The notes: generated from the letters alone by a model not told the origin. DNA of 64,000 bases from an uncultured Algoriphagus sp. (GCA_965659625.1 CBFHWO010000006.1:24587-88586); one strand, 5' to 3'. Positions 19,801-29,193 are shown, counted from the first letter of the stretch. Made by a program: numbers and translations.

Positions 19801-21105
19801 TTAGTGATTCATTCCCATATAATCTACCACAAAATAGCTCAAAGTTCGAACACCAAGCTTAAATCCACTTTCTTCGATAAAGAAATCCGGGGTATGATGT
19901 GAAGCAGTTTTCAAAGGATCTCCTCCCTTTTTCATTCCGCCTAGCATAATGAATATTCCAGGTTTTTCCTTCTGAAAAAAGCTAAAATCCTCTGATCCTG
20001 TGATAGGATCCATTGCGATTACATTTCCTTCTCCTGCTGCAGCTTGAATCGAAGGAAGCATTTGTGCAGTGAAAGCTGGGGGATTTACTGTGGAAGGATA
20101 GAGTTTTCCAATGTTAACATCAGCACTTCCTCCGGCACTTTCAGCAATATTAGTTGCGATTTCCGTAATTCTTTTGTGTACTAATGCCTGCTGCTCATCC
20201 CCAAAGGTTCGGATGGTGCCGATCATCTCTACTTTTTCAGGAATGATGTTATGTCTAATTCCGCCATGGATCGCTCCAATGGTCACGATTGCTGGGTTTT
20301 GGGTAATGTTTACACTTCTAGATAAGACAGTCTGGAGACCCATGACAATCTGAGAGGAAGTGACGATTGGATCTACTCCAGACCATGGGGAGGCTCCATG
20401 AGCTTGAGTACCGTTGACAGTGATTTCAAGATTATCTACTGCAGCCAAAAATGGTCCTGATCTGTAGCCAACTTTACCAGCCTCAACTGTTGCCCAGATA
20501 TGTAGGCCGAAGATCGCATCTACATCTTCCATTACCCCTTCTTGAACCATTTGCTCTGCTCCGGCAATATCCGCATCGTAAACACCTTCCTCTGCGGGTT
20601 GAAAAATAAACTTTACAGAACCTTCTAATTGATCTTTCATTCCAGCCAAAACTTCAGCTACGCCCATTAGAATTGCCATATGAGAATCGTGTCCACAAGC
20701 ATGCATTACTCCGGTTTCCTGTCCATTATAGGTCGTGGTAACTGTTGATTTGAAAGGAAGGTCACCGCGCTCAGTCACGGGTAAAGCATCCATGTCTGCT
20801 CTAAGACCTACCATAGGCCCAGGTTTTCCACCTTTCAAAACACCTACAACTCCCGTGACAGCTACCCCTTCGGTTACTTCCATACCAAGTGAGCGGAGAT
20901 GATCAGCAATTACTTTTGCAGAACGAAACTCTTGATTACCCAACTCTGGATTCTCGTGAAAATCCCTCCGCCAATCGATGACCTTGGATTCAATTTCATC
21001 TGAGGATTGGTCAATTTTTGGGCGTAAACTGGACTGACCGAAACTGGCGATGGAAAGAAAGAGAAATGGTATAAGGAGCTTTTTCAAAATTTTTGGTTTT
21101 AGCAT
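19801..21105 (-). CDS. Exported M20D-family amidohydrolase (N-acyl-amino-acid amidohydrolase / hippurate hydrolase-like), paralog A
   Basis: It has a signal peptide and the motifs LRADMDALPV, MHACGHD and FQPAEEG. By eye it is about 80% identical in amino acids to the next gene. Confidence 0.88.
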   Translation of the reverse strand: MLKPKILKKLLIPFLFLSIASFGQSSLRPKIDQSSDEIESKVIDWRRDFHENPELGNQEFRSAKVIADHLRSLGMEVTEGVAVTGVVGVLKGGKPGPMVGLRADMDALPVTERGDLPFKSTVTTTYNGQETGVMHACGHDSHMAILMGVAEVLAGMKDQLEGSVKFIFQPAEEGVYDADIAGAEQMVQEGVMEDVDAIFGLHIWATVEAGKVGYRSGPFLAAVDNLEITVNGTQAHGASPWSGVDPIVTSSQIVMGLQTVLSRSVNITQNPAIVTIGAIHGGIRHNIIPEKVEMIGTIRTFGDEQQALVHKRITEIATNIAESAGGSADVNIGKLYPSTVNPPAFTAQMLPSIQAAAGEGNVIAMDPITGSEDFSFFQKEKPGIFIMLGGMKKGGDPLKTASHHTPDFFIEESGFKLGVRTLSYFVVDYMGMNH

Positions 21106-21335
21106 TTAAATAATTTGTTTTAGAATTCAGTCTCGATTGACTTATTCTAAATAGAATATTGATTTTCTAAGATAGATAAATCTGCTTTATTCTTAGTGGA
21201 TTTATGGTTCCTTGTTTTTGGCTAGGTTTCCCATTTTTTGGAATAAAAAATACCTGAACCAGTTAGCTCCAGGTATTTTCAAATTCAATTTTTATAGGAG
21301 GGATAAATCGTATGTCTTGTGTAGCAAATCCGATA

Positions 21336-22619
21336 TTATTTCATTCCCATATAATCCACTACAAAGTAACTCATCACCCGCATACCCAATATAAAACCGC
21401 CTTCGTCAATGTAGAAATCTGGAGTATGATGCGATGGAGTCTTTGTTGGGTCGCCTCCTTTTTTCATTCCGCCAAGGGAAATAAATAAGCCCGGCTTTTC
21501 TATTTGAAAGAAACTGAAATCTTCAGCACCTGTAATTGGTGGGTTGGCTATCACATTGCCTTCTCCGGCAGCAGCTAAAATCGTAGGCTCCATTTTAGCA
21601 GTCAGTGCTGGATTATTGACAGTGGAAGGGTATAGCTTTTCAATTTTAACATCAGCTGTAGCACCAGCGCTTTCTGCAATATTTATAGCTATTTCGCGAA
21701 TTCTCTTATGAACAAGATCTTGCTGCTCTGTACCAAAAGTTCGGATGGTACCGATCATTTCTACTTTTTCTGGAATAATATTATGCCTAATTCCTCCATG
21801 AATGGCTCCGATAGTTACCACTGCAGGGTTTTGTGTGATATTGACACTTCTGGAAAGGATCGTCTGCAATCCACTTATGATTTGAGATGAAGTCACAATT
21901 GGATCCACTCCAGACCAAGGTGAAGCTCCATGAGCTTGAACACCATTGACAGTTATCTCCAGATTATCCACTGCTGCCAATGCTGGACCCGAGCGGTATC
22001 CAATTTTACCAACTTCCATCCGTGAACCTATATGCAAACCGAAGATCGCATCCACATCTTCCATCACTCCTTCTTCTACCATTAATTCTGCGCCAGCTGT
22101 AGACCCGTCATAAACGCCTTCCTCTGCAGGCTGGAAAATAAATTTGACATTTCCCTGGAGTTGATCTTTCATCCCTGCTAAAACTTCGGCAACTCCCATC
22201 AGAATAGCCACGTGGGTGTCATGGCCGCAAGCATGCATGACGCCTGTTTCTTGTCCGTTATAGGTTGTTGTCACTGTAGATTTGAAAGGTAAATCTACTC
22301 GTTCGGTCACGGGTAATGCATCCATATCTGCTCTCAGTGCTACAGTAGGCCCAGGTTTACCACCCTTAAGGACGCCCACCACTCCTGTGACAGCAACGCC
22401 TTCGGTCACTTCTATGCCCAAGGATCGTAAATGATCGGCTACTTTTTTGGCAGTGCGAAATTCCTGATTTCCAAGTTCAGGATTTTGATGAATGTCTCTG
22501 CGCCATTCTATTACTTTTGATTCTATTGCCGAAGCTTTGGAATCAATGGAAGGTCTAAGTTCAGATTGCGCTAAGACGGAGCCTGAGATCAGAAGTAAGG
22601 GGAATATTAGTTTTTTCAT
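21336..22619 (-). CDS. Exported M20D-family amidohydrolase, paralog B (tandem duplicate)
   Basis: It carries the same motifs as paralog A and has the signal peptide MKKLIFPLLLISGSVLAQS. Confidence 0.88.
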   Translation of the reverse strand: MKKLIFPLLLISGSVLAQSELRPSIDSKASAIESKVIEWRRDIHQNPELGNQEFRTAKKVADHLRSLGIEVTEGVAVTGVVGVLKGGKPGPTVALRADMDALPVTERVDLPFKSTVTTTYNGQETGVMHACGHDTHVAILMGVAEVLAGMKDQLQGNVKFIFQPAEEGVYDGSTAGAELMVEEGVMEDVDAIFGLHIGSRMEVGKIGYRSGPALAAVDNLEITVNGVQAHGASPWSGVDPIVTSSQIISGLQTILSRSVNITQNPAVVTIGAIHGGIRHNIIPEKVEMIGTIRTFGTEQQDLVHKRIREIAINIAESAGATADVKIEKLYPSTVNNPALTAKMEPTILAAAGEGNVIANPPITGAEDFSFFQIEKPGLFISLGGMKKGGDPTKTPSHHTPDFYIDEGGFILGMRVMSYFVVDYMGMK

Positions 22620-22767
22620 GGTTGATGGTTTAAATCTGTGTTGATCAAATTTAGAAAAATGCGCCCAAGTTGTATTCTTGAATTGAGATTTACCAATAAA
22701 AGCTTCCTTTAGCAGAACTATTTTGTTTGGAATTGCTTTAAATGGGAGTACTTAATAAATAGTCAAA

Positions 22768-23466
22768 ATGAAATTGAAAGATAAAATTGCGGTTGTTACT
22801 GGTGTTAGCAAGGGAGTAGGGCTGGAAGTAGTAAAGCTTTTATTGGAAAAAGGTACAATTGTCGCCGGTTGGGGTAGAAACATTCCGGATTTTAAACATG
22901 ACAATTTTCACTTTTTTACTTGTGATGTGGCCAAAGAGGAGTCGGTAGAAAGTGCTTTTCAGGCCACTAAAGAGAAATTGGGGTCTGACATCAGGATTTT
23001 AGTGAATAATGCCGGATTCGGTGTAGCTGGAGCTACCGAAACTTTCTCATCCGAAGACTGGAAAGCCATGTTTGACACGAATGTGCATGGGATATTCTAT
23101 ACGACAAAACGATTGATTCCTGGCATGAAGGCTGCAGATGAGGGACATATTCTCAATGTGGCGTCTATCGCCGGGCTGAATGGCGTAAATCAGTTTGCCG
23201 GATACGTTGGAACAAAGCATGCCGTAAGAGGAATATCCCACTCCTTGTATATGGAGCTCAGAGATTTTGGAATCAAAGTGTCAACCATCTATCCGGGTTC
23301 AATTCAGACTAATTTCTTTGATGAAATACCAGGAGTAGATGCTCATGAAAATATGATGAGGCCAATCGATGTAGCAACAACAATGGTACAAACTCTAGAA
23401 ACGCATCCTAATTACTTTGTGGCAGATGTGGAATGTCGTCCTTTGAGACCAAGAGGAAAGAAGTGA
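22768..23466 (+). CDS. Short-chain dehydrogenase/reductase (SDR) family oxidoreductase
   Basis: It has the cofactor-binding motif VTGVSKGVG, an NNAG motif and the catalytic YxxxK (YVGTKHAV). Confidence 0.88.
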   Translation: MKLKDKIAVVTGVSKGVGLEVVKLLLEKGTIVAGWGRNIPDFKHDNFHFFTCDVAKEESVESAFQATKEKLGSDIRILVNNAGFGVAGATETFSSEDWKAMFDTNVHGIFYTTKRLIPGMKAADEGHILNVASIAGLNGVNQFAGYVGTKHAVRGISHSLYMELRDFGIKVSTIYPGSIQTNFFDEIPGVDAHENMMRPIDVATTMVQTLETHPNYFVADVECRPLRPRGKK

Positions 23467-23547
23467 TGTATTATCATTCCGTGTGTTTTAAAATTGTTTT
23501 GATTAGCTTAAGTATTTAATTTCACCCTTCATTTATCAAGTCCTTGC

Positions 23548-24072
23548 ATGAAAAAACTTAATCTGATTATTTTAATTGTAGTACTTATCGGAGGGTCTGC
23601 CTACATCAGTTTGCTTTCAAAAAATGAGCTACCAATCCAAAAACCTGAAGTTGCTGCACCTGCTATTCTTCCGGACTTTATGCTGAATGACATTAACGGA
23701 AAGCCCAATTCCATTCATCAACTGGCATCAAATAAGCCCACACTGTTTATTTACTTTAGCTCTACCTGTCACTTGTGCCAGGATGAACTCGGAGCGATTT
23801 CAAAACGAATTGAGGAGTTTAAGGATTATAATCTAATCCTCACGACTGTTCAACCACGGGAGGAGATGATCGGTTTTGTGGATGGTCTTGGGATAAAGGA
23901 TAAAAGCTATGTTCATTTTTTGCTTGATGCCGAAATGAAAGTTGCTACTTTCTATCAGATCAGAAGCGTGCCATCTATCTATTGTTACAATTCAGAAAAG
24001 CAGCTTGTAGGAGAATACGTGGGGATCACTGATCTGGATCTTTTGTTGGAGAAATTGGCCCAAGGCAAATAA
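23548..24072 (+). CDS. TlpA/redoxin-like thiol-disulfide oxidoreductase, membrane-anchored
   Basis: An N-terminal TM/signal anchor precedes a CxxC active site (SSTCHLCQ) in a thioredoxin-fold context. Confidence 0.75.
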   Translation: MKKLNLIILIVVLIGGSAYISLLSKNELPIQKPEVAAPAILPDFMLNDINGKPNSIHQLASNKPTLFIYFSSTCHLCQDELGAISKRIEEFKDYNLILTTVQPREEMIGFVDGLGIKDKSYVHFLLDAEMKVATFYQIRSVPSIYCYNSEKQLVGEYVGITDLDLLLEKLAQGK

Positions 24073-24172
24073 GTTAAAAAGTTTCTCTTGAATTTTATTT
24101 ATAAGAGGATTAGATGCCTTGTTTAACTAATTGCCACTTGCAGTTCGAATAAAGGAAACTACTTTTTTTCCT

Positions 24173-24180
24173 TACTTTTG
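24173..24180 (+). promoter_or_regulatory. Candidate Bacteroidota -7 promoter box (TAnnTTTG) upstream of gldA
   Basis: TACTTTTG lies 19 nt upstream of the gldA ATG and matches the TAnnTTTG consensus. I saw no well-spaced -33 TTG. Confidence 0.3.
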
Positions 24181-24198
24181 ACTGATTAAATAAGCAAA

Positions 24199-25104
24199 AT
24201 GTCCTTAGAAGTATCGCAACTCACCAAACTTTACGGAACCCAAAAAGCACTGGATAATGTGTCTTTCAAGGCTTCGCCCGGGAGGATTTTGGGGTTTTTG
24301 GGTCCCAATGGTGCTGGAAAATCTACAACGATGAAAATCATCACCGGATTTATTCAGGCAGATTCAGGAGCAGTTACGGTAATGGGAAAAGATGCTCTAA
24401 ATAATCCCAAGCAGGTTAGTCCAATGATTGGCTATTTACCTGAAAACAACCCTCTTTATTTAGATATGTATGTGAGAGAGTTTTTGGAGTTTTCTGCTGG
24501 AATGTATGGGTTAACCGGTAAAAAAAGAGAAGAGAGAATTAAAGAACTTCTCCAGAAAACCGGATTGATTCCTGAGCAACACAAAAAAATCGGGCAACTT
24601 TCTAAAGGGTATCGACAAAGAGTTGGATTGGCAAGAGCATTGATTCATGATCCGCAACTGATCATATTAGATGAGCCCACTACGGGATTAGATCCAAACC
24701 AGTTGGTAGAAATCCGAAACCTTATTTCTGAAATTGCTCGTGATAAAACTCTCATTCTTTCTACTCATATTATGCAGGAAGTGGAGGCGATTTGTCATGA
24801 TGTGGTCATCATCAATAAAGGAAAAATCCTAGCTTCTGAGACATTGGAGAATTTGAAATCAAGAACTTCAGAGGAGCAGTTAGAACTCGAGACAGAGGAA
24901 AATCTTGAGCTAGAATGGTTTCAAGAAATAGGAGCGGCTTCTTTTAGTAAAAAATCAGAAAAATCACTTCTGATTTCTTGCAAGGATGCTGGCGAAGCTC
25001 GGAAAGCTATCATGAAAGTTGTTCAGGAAAAGAATCTTAACTTGATAAGCATGAATCAAAGTAAAAAGAATTTGGAACAAATTTTCAGAGAGATTACGCA
25101 ATGA
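24199..25104 (+). CDS. gldA: Gliding-motility-associated ABC transporter ATP-binding subunit GldA
   Basis: It has Walker A (GPNGAGKST), the ABC signature (LSKGYRQR) and Walker B (LIILDEP). Genes of GldF and GldG type follow it. Confidence 0.85.
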   Translation: MSLEVSQLTKLYGTQKALDNVSFKASPGRILGFLGPNGAGKSTTMKIITGFIQADSGAVTVMGKDALNNPKQVSPMIGYLPENNPLYLDMYVREFLEFSAGMYGLTGKKREERIKELLQKTGLIPEQHKKIGQLSKGYRQRVGLARALIHDPQLIILDEPTTGLDPNQLVEIRNLISEIARDKTLILSTHIMQEVEAICHDVVIINKGKILASETLENLKSRTSEEQLELETEENLELEWFQEIGAASFSKKSEKSLLISCKDAGEARKAIMKVVQEKNLNLISMNQSKKNLEQIFREITQ

Positions 25105-25191
25105 AATCGAGCATGACTAAAATGTTACCCACTGGAACAGCTATTAACCATGCGAGATTCCTGATGACCTTTGAAAAACAATTATAAACAG
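25101..25191 (+). repeat. Unit 1 of an ATGAAA-bounded ~90-nt repeat family; contains an intact 28-codon ORF (25101-25187: MKSSMTKMLPTGTAINHARFLMTFEKQL)
   Basis: It shows 5 differences from unit 2 over the first ~72 nt. Its ATG at 25101 overlaps the gldA stop at 25102-25104 (ATGA). Whether it is translated is unproven. Confidence 0.8.
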
Positions 25192-25287
25192 ATGAAATCG
25201 AGCATGACTAAAATGTTACACAATGGAACAGCAATTAACCATGCGAGAATCTTGATGACCTTAAAGAGACAAATCATAATCACATGA
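25192..25287 (+). repeat. Unit 2 of the same repeat family; contains an intact 31-codon ORF (MKSSMTKMLHNGTAINHARILMTLKRQIIIT)
   Basis: It is a direct tandem copy of unit 1. Its stop TGA at 25285-25287 overlaps the gldF ATG at 25284-25286 (ATGA). Confidence 0.8.
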
Positions 25288-26003
25288 AAAGCCTGTTTCT
25301 AAAAGAATTAAATGCATTTTTTGGGAGTCTTTTGGGCTATTTGGTTTTGGCCCTATTCTTAGTTGCAATTGGCTTGATTGTGTGGGTTTTTCCAGAGAGT
25401 AGCGTTCTTGAATATGGCTATGCTGATTTGGAGGCCTTGTTTACCTACACTCCCTATGTATTTACATTTTTAGTGCCTGCTTTAGCGATGCGATCAATCG
25501 CTGACGAAAGAAAAACAGGAACTTGGGAGTTGCTCAGAACTTCTCCGCTTTCATTATTGAAAATTATTTTAGCTAAGTATTTTGCTTTGCTCTTTTTAGT
25601 GATTTTGGCAGTTTTGCCCACCCTGCTTTATTTCTTTAGCATTATACAATTGGGAGATCCGGTCGGCAATTTGGATCAAGCAGGATTTTTTGGATCCTGG
25701 ATAGGTTTGCTGATGATCGGAGCAGTATTTGCGGCGGTTGGTTTATTTGCGAGTTCTCTGACTTCTCAGCAGGTCTTGGCCTTCGTTCTCGGAGTGTTTT
25801 TGTGCTTTGTTCTATACTTTGGGTTTTCAGCTTTGGCGGATTTGCAAGTTGGTGATTTTGCATATTGGGTGGAGGAATTGAGCTTAAGCTTTCATTATAT
25901 CAATTTGAGCAGAGGCGTGGTAGATTCTTCAGACATCTTTTTTATGCTGGGTATGATTTGGCTTTTCTTGGGATTGAGTGTTTTGACTTTGAAAAATAAA
26001 TGA
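25284..26003 (+). CDS. gldF: Gliding-motility-associated ABC transporter permease GldF
   Basis: It is a 239-aa ABC-2-type permease with 6 TM segments and the N-terminus MKSLFLKELNAFFGS. It lies between gldA and gldG. Confidence 0.82.
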   Translation: MKSLFLKELNAFFGSLLGYLVLALFLVAIGLIVWVFPESSVLEYGYADLEALFTYTPYVFTFLVPALAMRSIADERKTGTWELLRTSPLSLLKIILAKYFALLFLVILAVLPTLLYFFSIIQLGDPVGNLDQAGFFGSWIGLLMIGAVFAAVGLFASSLTSQQVLAFVLGVFLCFVLYFGFSALADLQVGDFAYWVEELSLSFHYINLSRGVVDSSDIFFMLGMIWLFLGLSVLTLKNK

Positions 26004-27688
26004 AAAAGTCTACTCTAAATACCGTCAAGCCTTGGTTAATCCTCTTTTTAGGAATTGCAGCTATTGCATTGTTGTCTCAGATTTTAAGATTTAGAATAGA
26101 TCTTACAGAGGAGAAAAGATATTCCTTACATCCTGCCACAGAAGAGGTTTTAACTCAATTGACAGATCCCATTCACGTGGATATTTTATTGGTCGGAGAA
26201 AATCTGCCGGGAGGAATGCGAAGATTGCAAAAGTCCATCGAAGAAACTGTCAGGACATTCAATTCCTATAGTCCAGAAAAGATAACTTTCTCTTATTTCG
26301 ATCCGCTTTCAGTTGCAGAAAATGAGCAGGAAGAATTTATTGGAACACTTACTCAGTACGGAATTAACCCGACTAATGTCTATGAAAGACAAACTTCGGG
26401 TCAGCAAGCGACTTTGATTTTTCCTGGGATTTTGGTCAGCAATCAAGAGTTTGAAACTGGAGCTTTGGTGCTTAAAGGTGAAAGAGGAATGGGGCCCGAT
26501 GAGATTTTGAATCAGTCTATTGAAAACCTGGAATTTGAATTGAGTAATGCCATCAAGAAACTGGTCAGCCCTGAAGAGTCTGCTATTGCGATGATCATGG
26601 GACATGGTGAGATGTCGGAAGATGATGGTTTTGGATTAGTAGAAGCCTTGGATGGAGAATTTGAGTTGTTCAAAGTTCCATTGGAGCAGGCAAAAAATCC
26701 TTCTGACTTGGCAAATTTTAAGATCATTTTTATCGAAGGACCAAGGGAAATTTATTCTGAGCGTGAGATTTATCTCTTGGATCAGTATGTCATGAATGGA
26801 GGAAATCTAGTAGTGATGGTAGACGGTGTTGCAGTGGATATTTCACAGGCAGGCGGGGAAGGGACTTTTGCCATGCCTGTAGATTCAGGTTTAGAAAATT
26901 TGTTGTTTAAATATGGGATTAGAGTCAACAAGGATCTGATTCAGGATTTGAATTTTGGGTATTTCCCTGTGATGGCTGGGAATTTTGGAAATCAAGATCA
27001 GATGGTTCCATTGCCTTGGCCTTTTTATATTCAGGCCGGTGTCATGCAAGAGCATCCTATCACTAAGGGACTGGATGTTATTTATTATCGCTTTGCGAGC
27101 AGTTTGGATACGGTGATGGCAGAAGGAGTGAAAAAGACTCCCTTGATTTTTTCTTCCGATAATTCCAGAATATTAACTGCACCTGTTCGGGTAGCATTTA
27201 GCGATATGGACCAGGCACCACAATATGAAAGCTTTTCTATTCAAAATCTCCCGATGGCTTATTTGCTGGAAGGGGAATTTACATCCTTGTATAAAAATCG
27301 GTTTTTACCGGAAGGATTTGCAAAAACTGATTTTAAAGAATCAGGGAATGGAAAAGTGGTGGTTTTTGGCGATGGTGATGTTTTTCAAAGTCAAAGAAGC
27401 CTTCAAGATGGAAGTCCATTGGCATTGGGTGAGGATCCTTTTAGTCAAATGACATTTGCCAATAAATTATTATTGAGAAACATGGTGAAATATTTGGTGG
27501 ACCCTAATGGGATCATTGCATCAAGAACTAGAACATTTCAGATTAGACCTTTGAACAAGGTGAAAGTAGCTCAACAGAAGGTGTTTTGGCAATTCGTGAA
27601 TGTGTTGGCACCGATTATTATTTTGCTTTTAATAGGAGCTTTCGTCTGGTGGATTCGTAACCAAAATTATTCAAAGAAAATAAACTAG
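26000..27688 (+). CDS. gldG: Gliding-motility-associated ABC transporter substrate-binding/accessory protein GldG
   Basis: It is 562 aa with N- and C-terminal TM anchors around a large periplasmic domain. It overlaps gldF by ATGA. Size and topology match GldG. Confidence 0.8.
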   Translation: MKKSTLNTVKPWLILFLGIAAIALLSQILRFRIDLTEEKRYSLHPATEEVLTQLTDPIHVDILLVGENLPGGMRRLQKSIEETVRTFNSYSPEKITFSYFDPLSVAENEQEEFIGTLTQYGINPTNVYERQTSGQQATLIFPGILVSNQEFETGALVLKGERGMGPDEILNQSIENLEFELSNAIKKLVSPEESAIAMIMGHGEMSEDDGFGLVEALDGEFELFKVPLEQAKNPSDLANFKIIFIEGPREIYSEREIYLLDQYVMNGGNLVVMVDGVAVDISQAGGEGTFAMPVDSGLENLLFKYGIRVNKDLIQDLNFGYFPVMAGNFGNQDQMVPLPWPFYIQAGVMQEHPITKGLDVIYYRFASSLDTVMAEGVKKTPLIFSSDNSRILTAPVRVAFSDMDQAPQYESFSIQNLPMAYLLEGEFTSLYKNRFLPEGFAKTDFKESGNGKVVVFGDGDVFQSQRSLQDGSPLALGEDPFSQMTFANKLLLRNMVKYLVDPNGIIASRTRTFQIRPLNKVKVAQQKVFWQFVNVLAPIIILLLIGAFVWWIRNQNYSKKIN

Positions 27689-27808
27689 TTAAAAAAAGAC
27701 CTTTTCTTCATAATAATTTCGAGACTTTCCGATTATGGTCAGTTCTGAATCGATTTTATTTCTAAATTTACCCCCATTGCAAGAATAAAAAATTATAAGC
27801 CCTTCGAT

Positions 27809-28933
27809 ATGAAATTTATTGTTTCCTCTTCTGCCTTACTTAAGCAGCTTTCGGCGATCAACGGTGTGGTAACAACCAATCCTGTTGTTCCTATTTTGGA
27901 AAACTTCCTTTTTGAGATAAAAGACGGTGTATTGACCATTACTGCATCAGATCTTCAGACATCTATGATTACTGAAATTCCAGTGGAGGCCAAGGAAGAT
28001 GGGAATATTGCGGTTCCTGCGCGTATTTTGATTGATACATTGAAGAATTTGCCAGAGCAGCCAGTTACTTTCAGTATTGATCATGATACCTATGCTGTGG
28101 AGATCAGTTCTGATAATGGTCGATATAGACTAGCTGGAGAGAATGCAACGGATTTTCCTAAGATTCCGACTGTAAGCAATGCTACGACTGTGGACATGTC
28201 TACAGAGGTTCTTGCAAGTGCTGTTTCTAATACTATTTTCGCGACCAGCTCAGATGAATTGAGACCAGCAATGACCGGTGTTTATATTAACTTGAGCTCC
28301 ACAAATACTACGTTTGTAGCTACTGATGGCCATCGTTTGGTTCGTTATAGAAGAGTTGATGTAGCCTCTTCTGATGCTGCAAGTTTGATCATTCCCCGCA
28401 AGGCTTTAAACTTGTTGAAATCTACTTTGCCTTCCGAGAATGTACCTGTTTCAGTAGAATTCAACCAATCAAATGCCTATTTCAAATTCAGCAGTATCAA
28501 AATGATCTGTCGATTGATTGACGAGCGTTTTCCGGATTATGAAAATGTTATTCCGGCAGAGAATCCTAATTTAATGACGATCGATCGCTCTGAGCTGTTG
28601 AGTTCATTGAGACGAATCGCAATCTATGCTAATAAAACTACACACCAGGTTAGATTAAAACTGACAGGAAGTGAATTGTTGATATCTGCCGAAGATCTTG
28701 ATTTCTCCAATGAGGCGAACGAAAGGTTATCATGTGAGCATGATGGTGAAGATATTGAAATAGGCTTCAATGCGAAGTTCTTGGTAGAAATGTTGAATAA
28801 CCTCTCTTGTAAAGAAGTTACTTTGAAATTCTCTGCTCCAAACCGTGCAGGATTAATTGTCCCTGCTGAGCAAGATGAAAATGAAGACATCCTGATGCTA
28901 GTTATGCCGGTGATGTTGAATAATTACGTATAA
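27809..28933 (+). CDS. dnaN: DNA polymerase III beta sliding clamp
   Basis: It has the N-terminus MKFIVSSSALLKQLSAINGVV and the three-domain clamp length (374 aa). The C-terminus reads LMLVMPVML. Confidence 0.93.
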   Translation: MKFIVSSSALLKQLSAINGVVTTNPVVPILENFLFEIKDGVLTITASDLQTSMITEIPVEAKEDGNIAVPARILIDTLKNLPEQPVTFSIDHDTYAVEISSDNGRYRLAGENATDFPKIPTVSNATTVDMSTEVLASAVSNTIFATSSDELRPAMTGVYINLSSTNTTFVATDGHRLVRYRRVDVASSDAASLIIPRKALNLLKSTLPSENVPVSVEFNQSNAYFKFSSIKMICRLIDERFPDYENVIPAENPNLMTIDRSELLSSLRRIAIYANKTTHQVRLKLTGSELLISAEDLDFSNEANERLSCEHDGEDIEIGFNAKFLVEMLNNLSCKEVTLKFSAPNRAGLIVPAEQDENEDILMLVMPVMLNNYV

Positions 28934-28952
28934 CAACCACAACTATAAAGCG

Positions 28953-28982
28953 AAAAGCCCGGAGATTTCTTCGGGTTTTTTT
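28953..28982 (+). terminator. Rho-independent terminator of dnaN
   Basis: The stem CCCGGA/TTCGGG (with one G-U pair) has a short loop and is followed by a run of 7 T. Confidence 0.75.
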
Positions 28983-28989
28983 GATTATT

Positions 28990-29020
28990 AACCTTTGAGG
29001 TTTTAAAAACCTCGAAGGTT
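28990..29020 (+). repeat. 31-nt palindromic hairpin unit (AACCTTTGAGGTTT-TAA-AAACCTCGAAGGTT)
   Basis: It forms a 14-bp stem with one T-G wobble and a T-rich tail. An inverted copy lies at 29194-29224. Confidence 0.8.
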
Positions 29021-29193
29021 TTATTTTTTAACCACAAAAGTCACGAAGGCGCAAAGTCGTCTTTATTATCGTCACTGCGATTGCCAGAGGCCGAAGCAGT
29101 CTCGTTTTAGGGATTAATCCTATCCGGTTTCCAGAACTTTTTAAACCGCAAAGAGGTCGTGAAGGATGTCACAATGATCAACTATTTAATAAA

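Noticed and set aside
21212-21394. A 60-aa plus-strand ORF in the spacer between the two M20D paralogs.
   Set aside because: It overlaps the 3' end of paralog B on the opposite strand. It has no motif, and the region contains that gene's putative terminator hairpin.
25104-25160. A possible conserved RNA helix in the repeat units, pairing AAATCGAGCATG with CATGCGAGATT around a tandem G-A mismatch.
   Set aside because: The upper half of the helix (CATG/CATG) is lost in unit 3. Only about 5 bp stay pairable, which is not enough to call a structured RNA by eye.
25161-25180. CTGATGA...GAAA in repeat unit 1 resembles the hammerhead ribozyme core (CUGAUGA / GAAA).
   Set aside because: Only 5 nt separate the two boxes, so no helix II can form. 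The motif is also not conserved in unit 2 (TTGATGA) or unit 3 (ATATGA).
25101-25287. Could the tandem repeats be a CRISPR array or a minisatellite?
   Set aside because: There are only two copies of ~91 nt, placed directly head-to-tail with no spacers, and no cas genes. This is not CRISPR-like.
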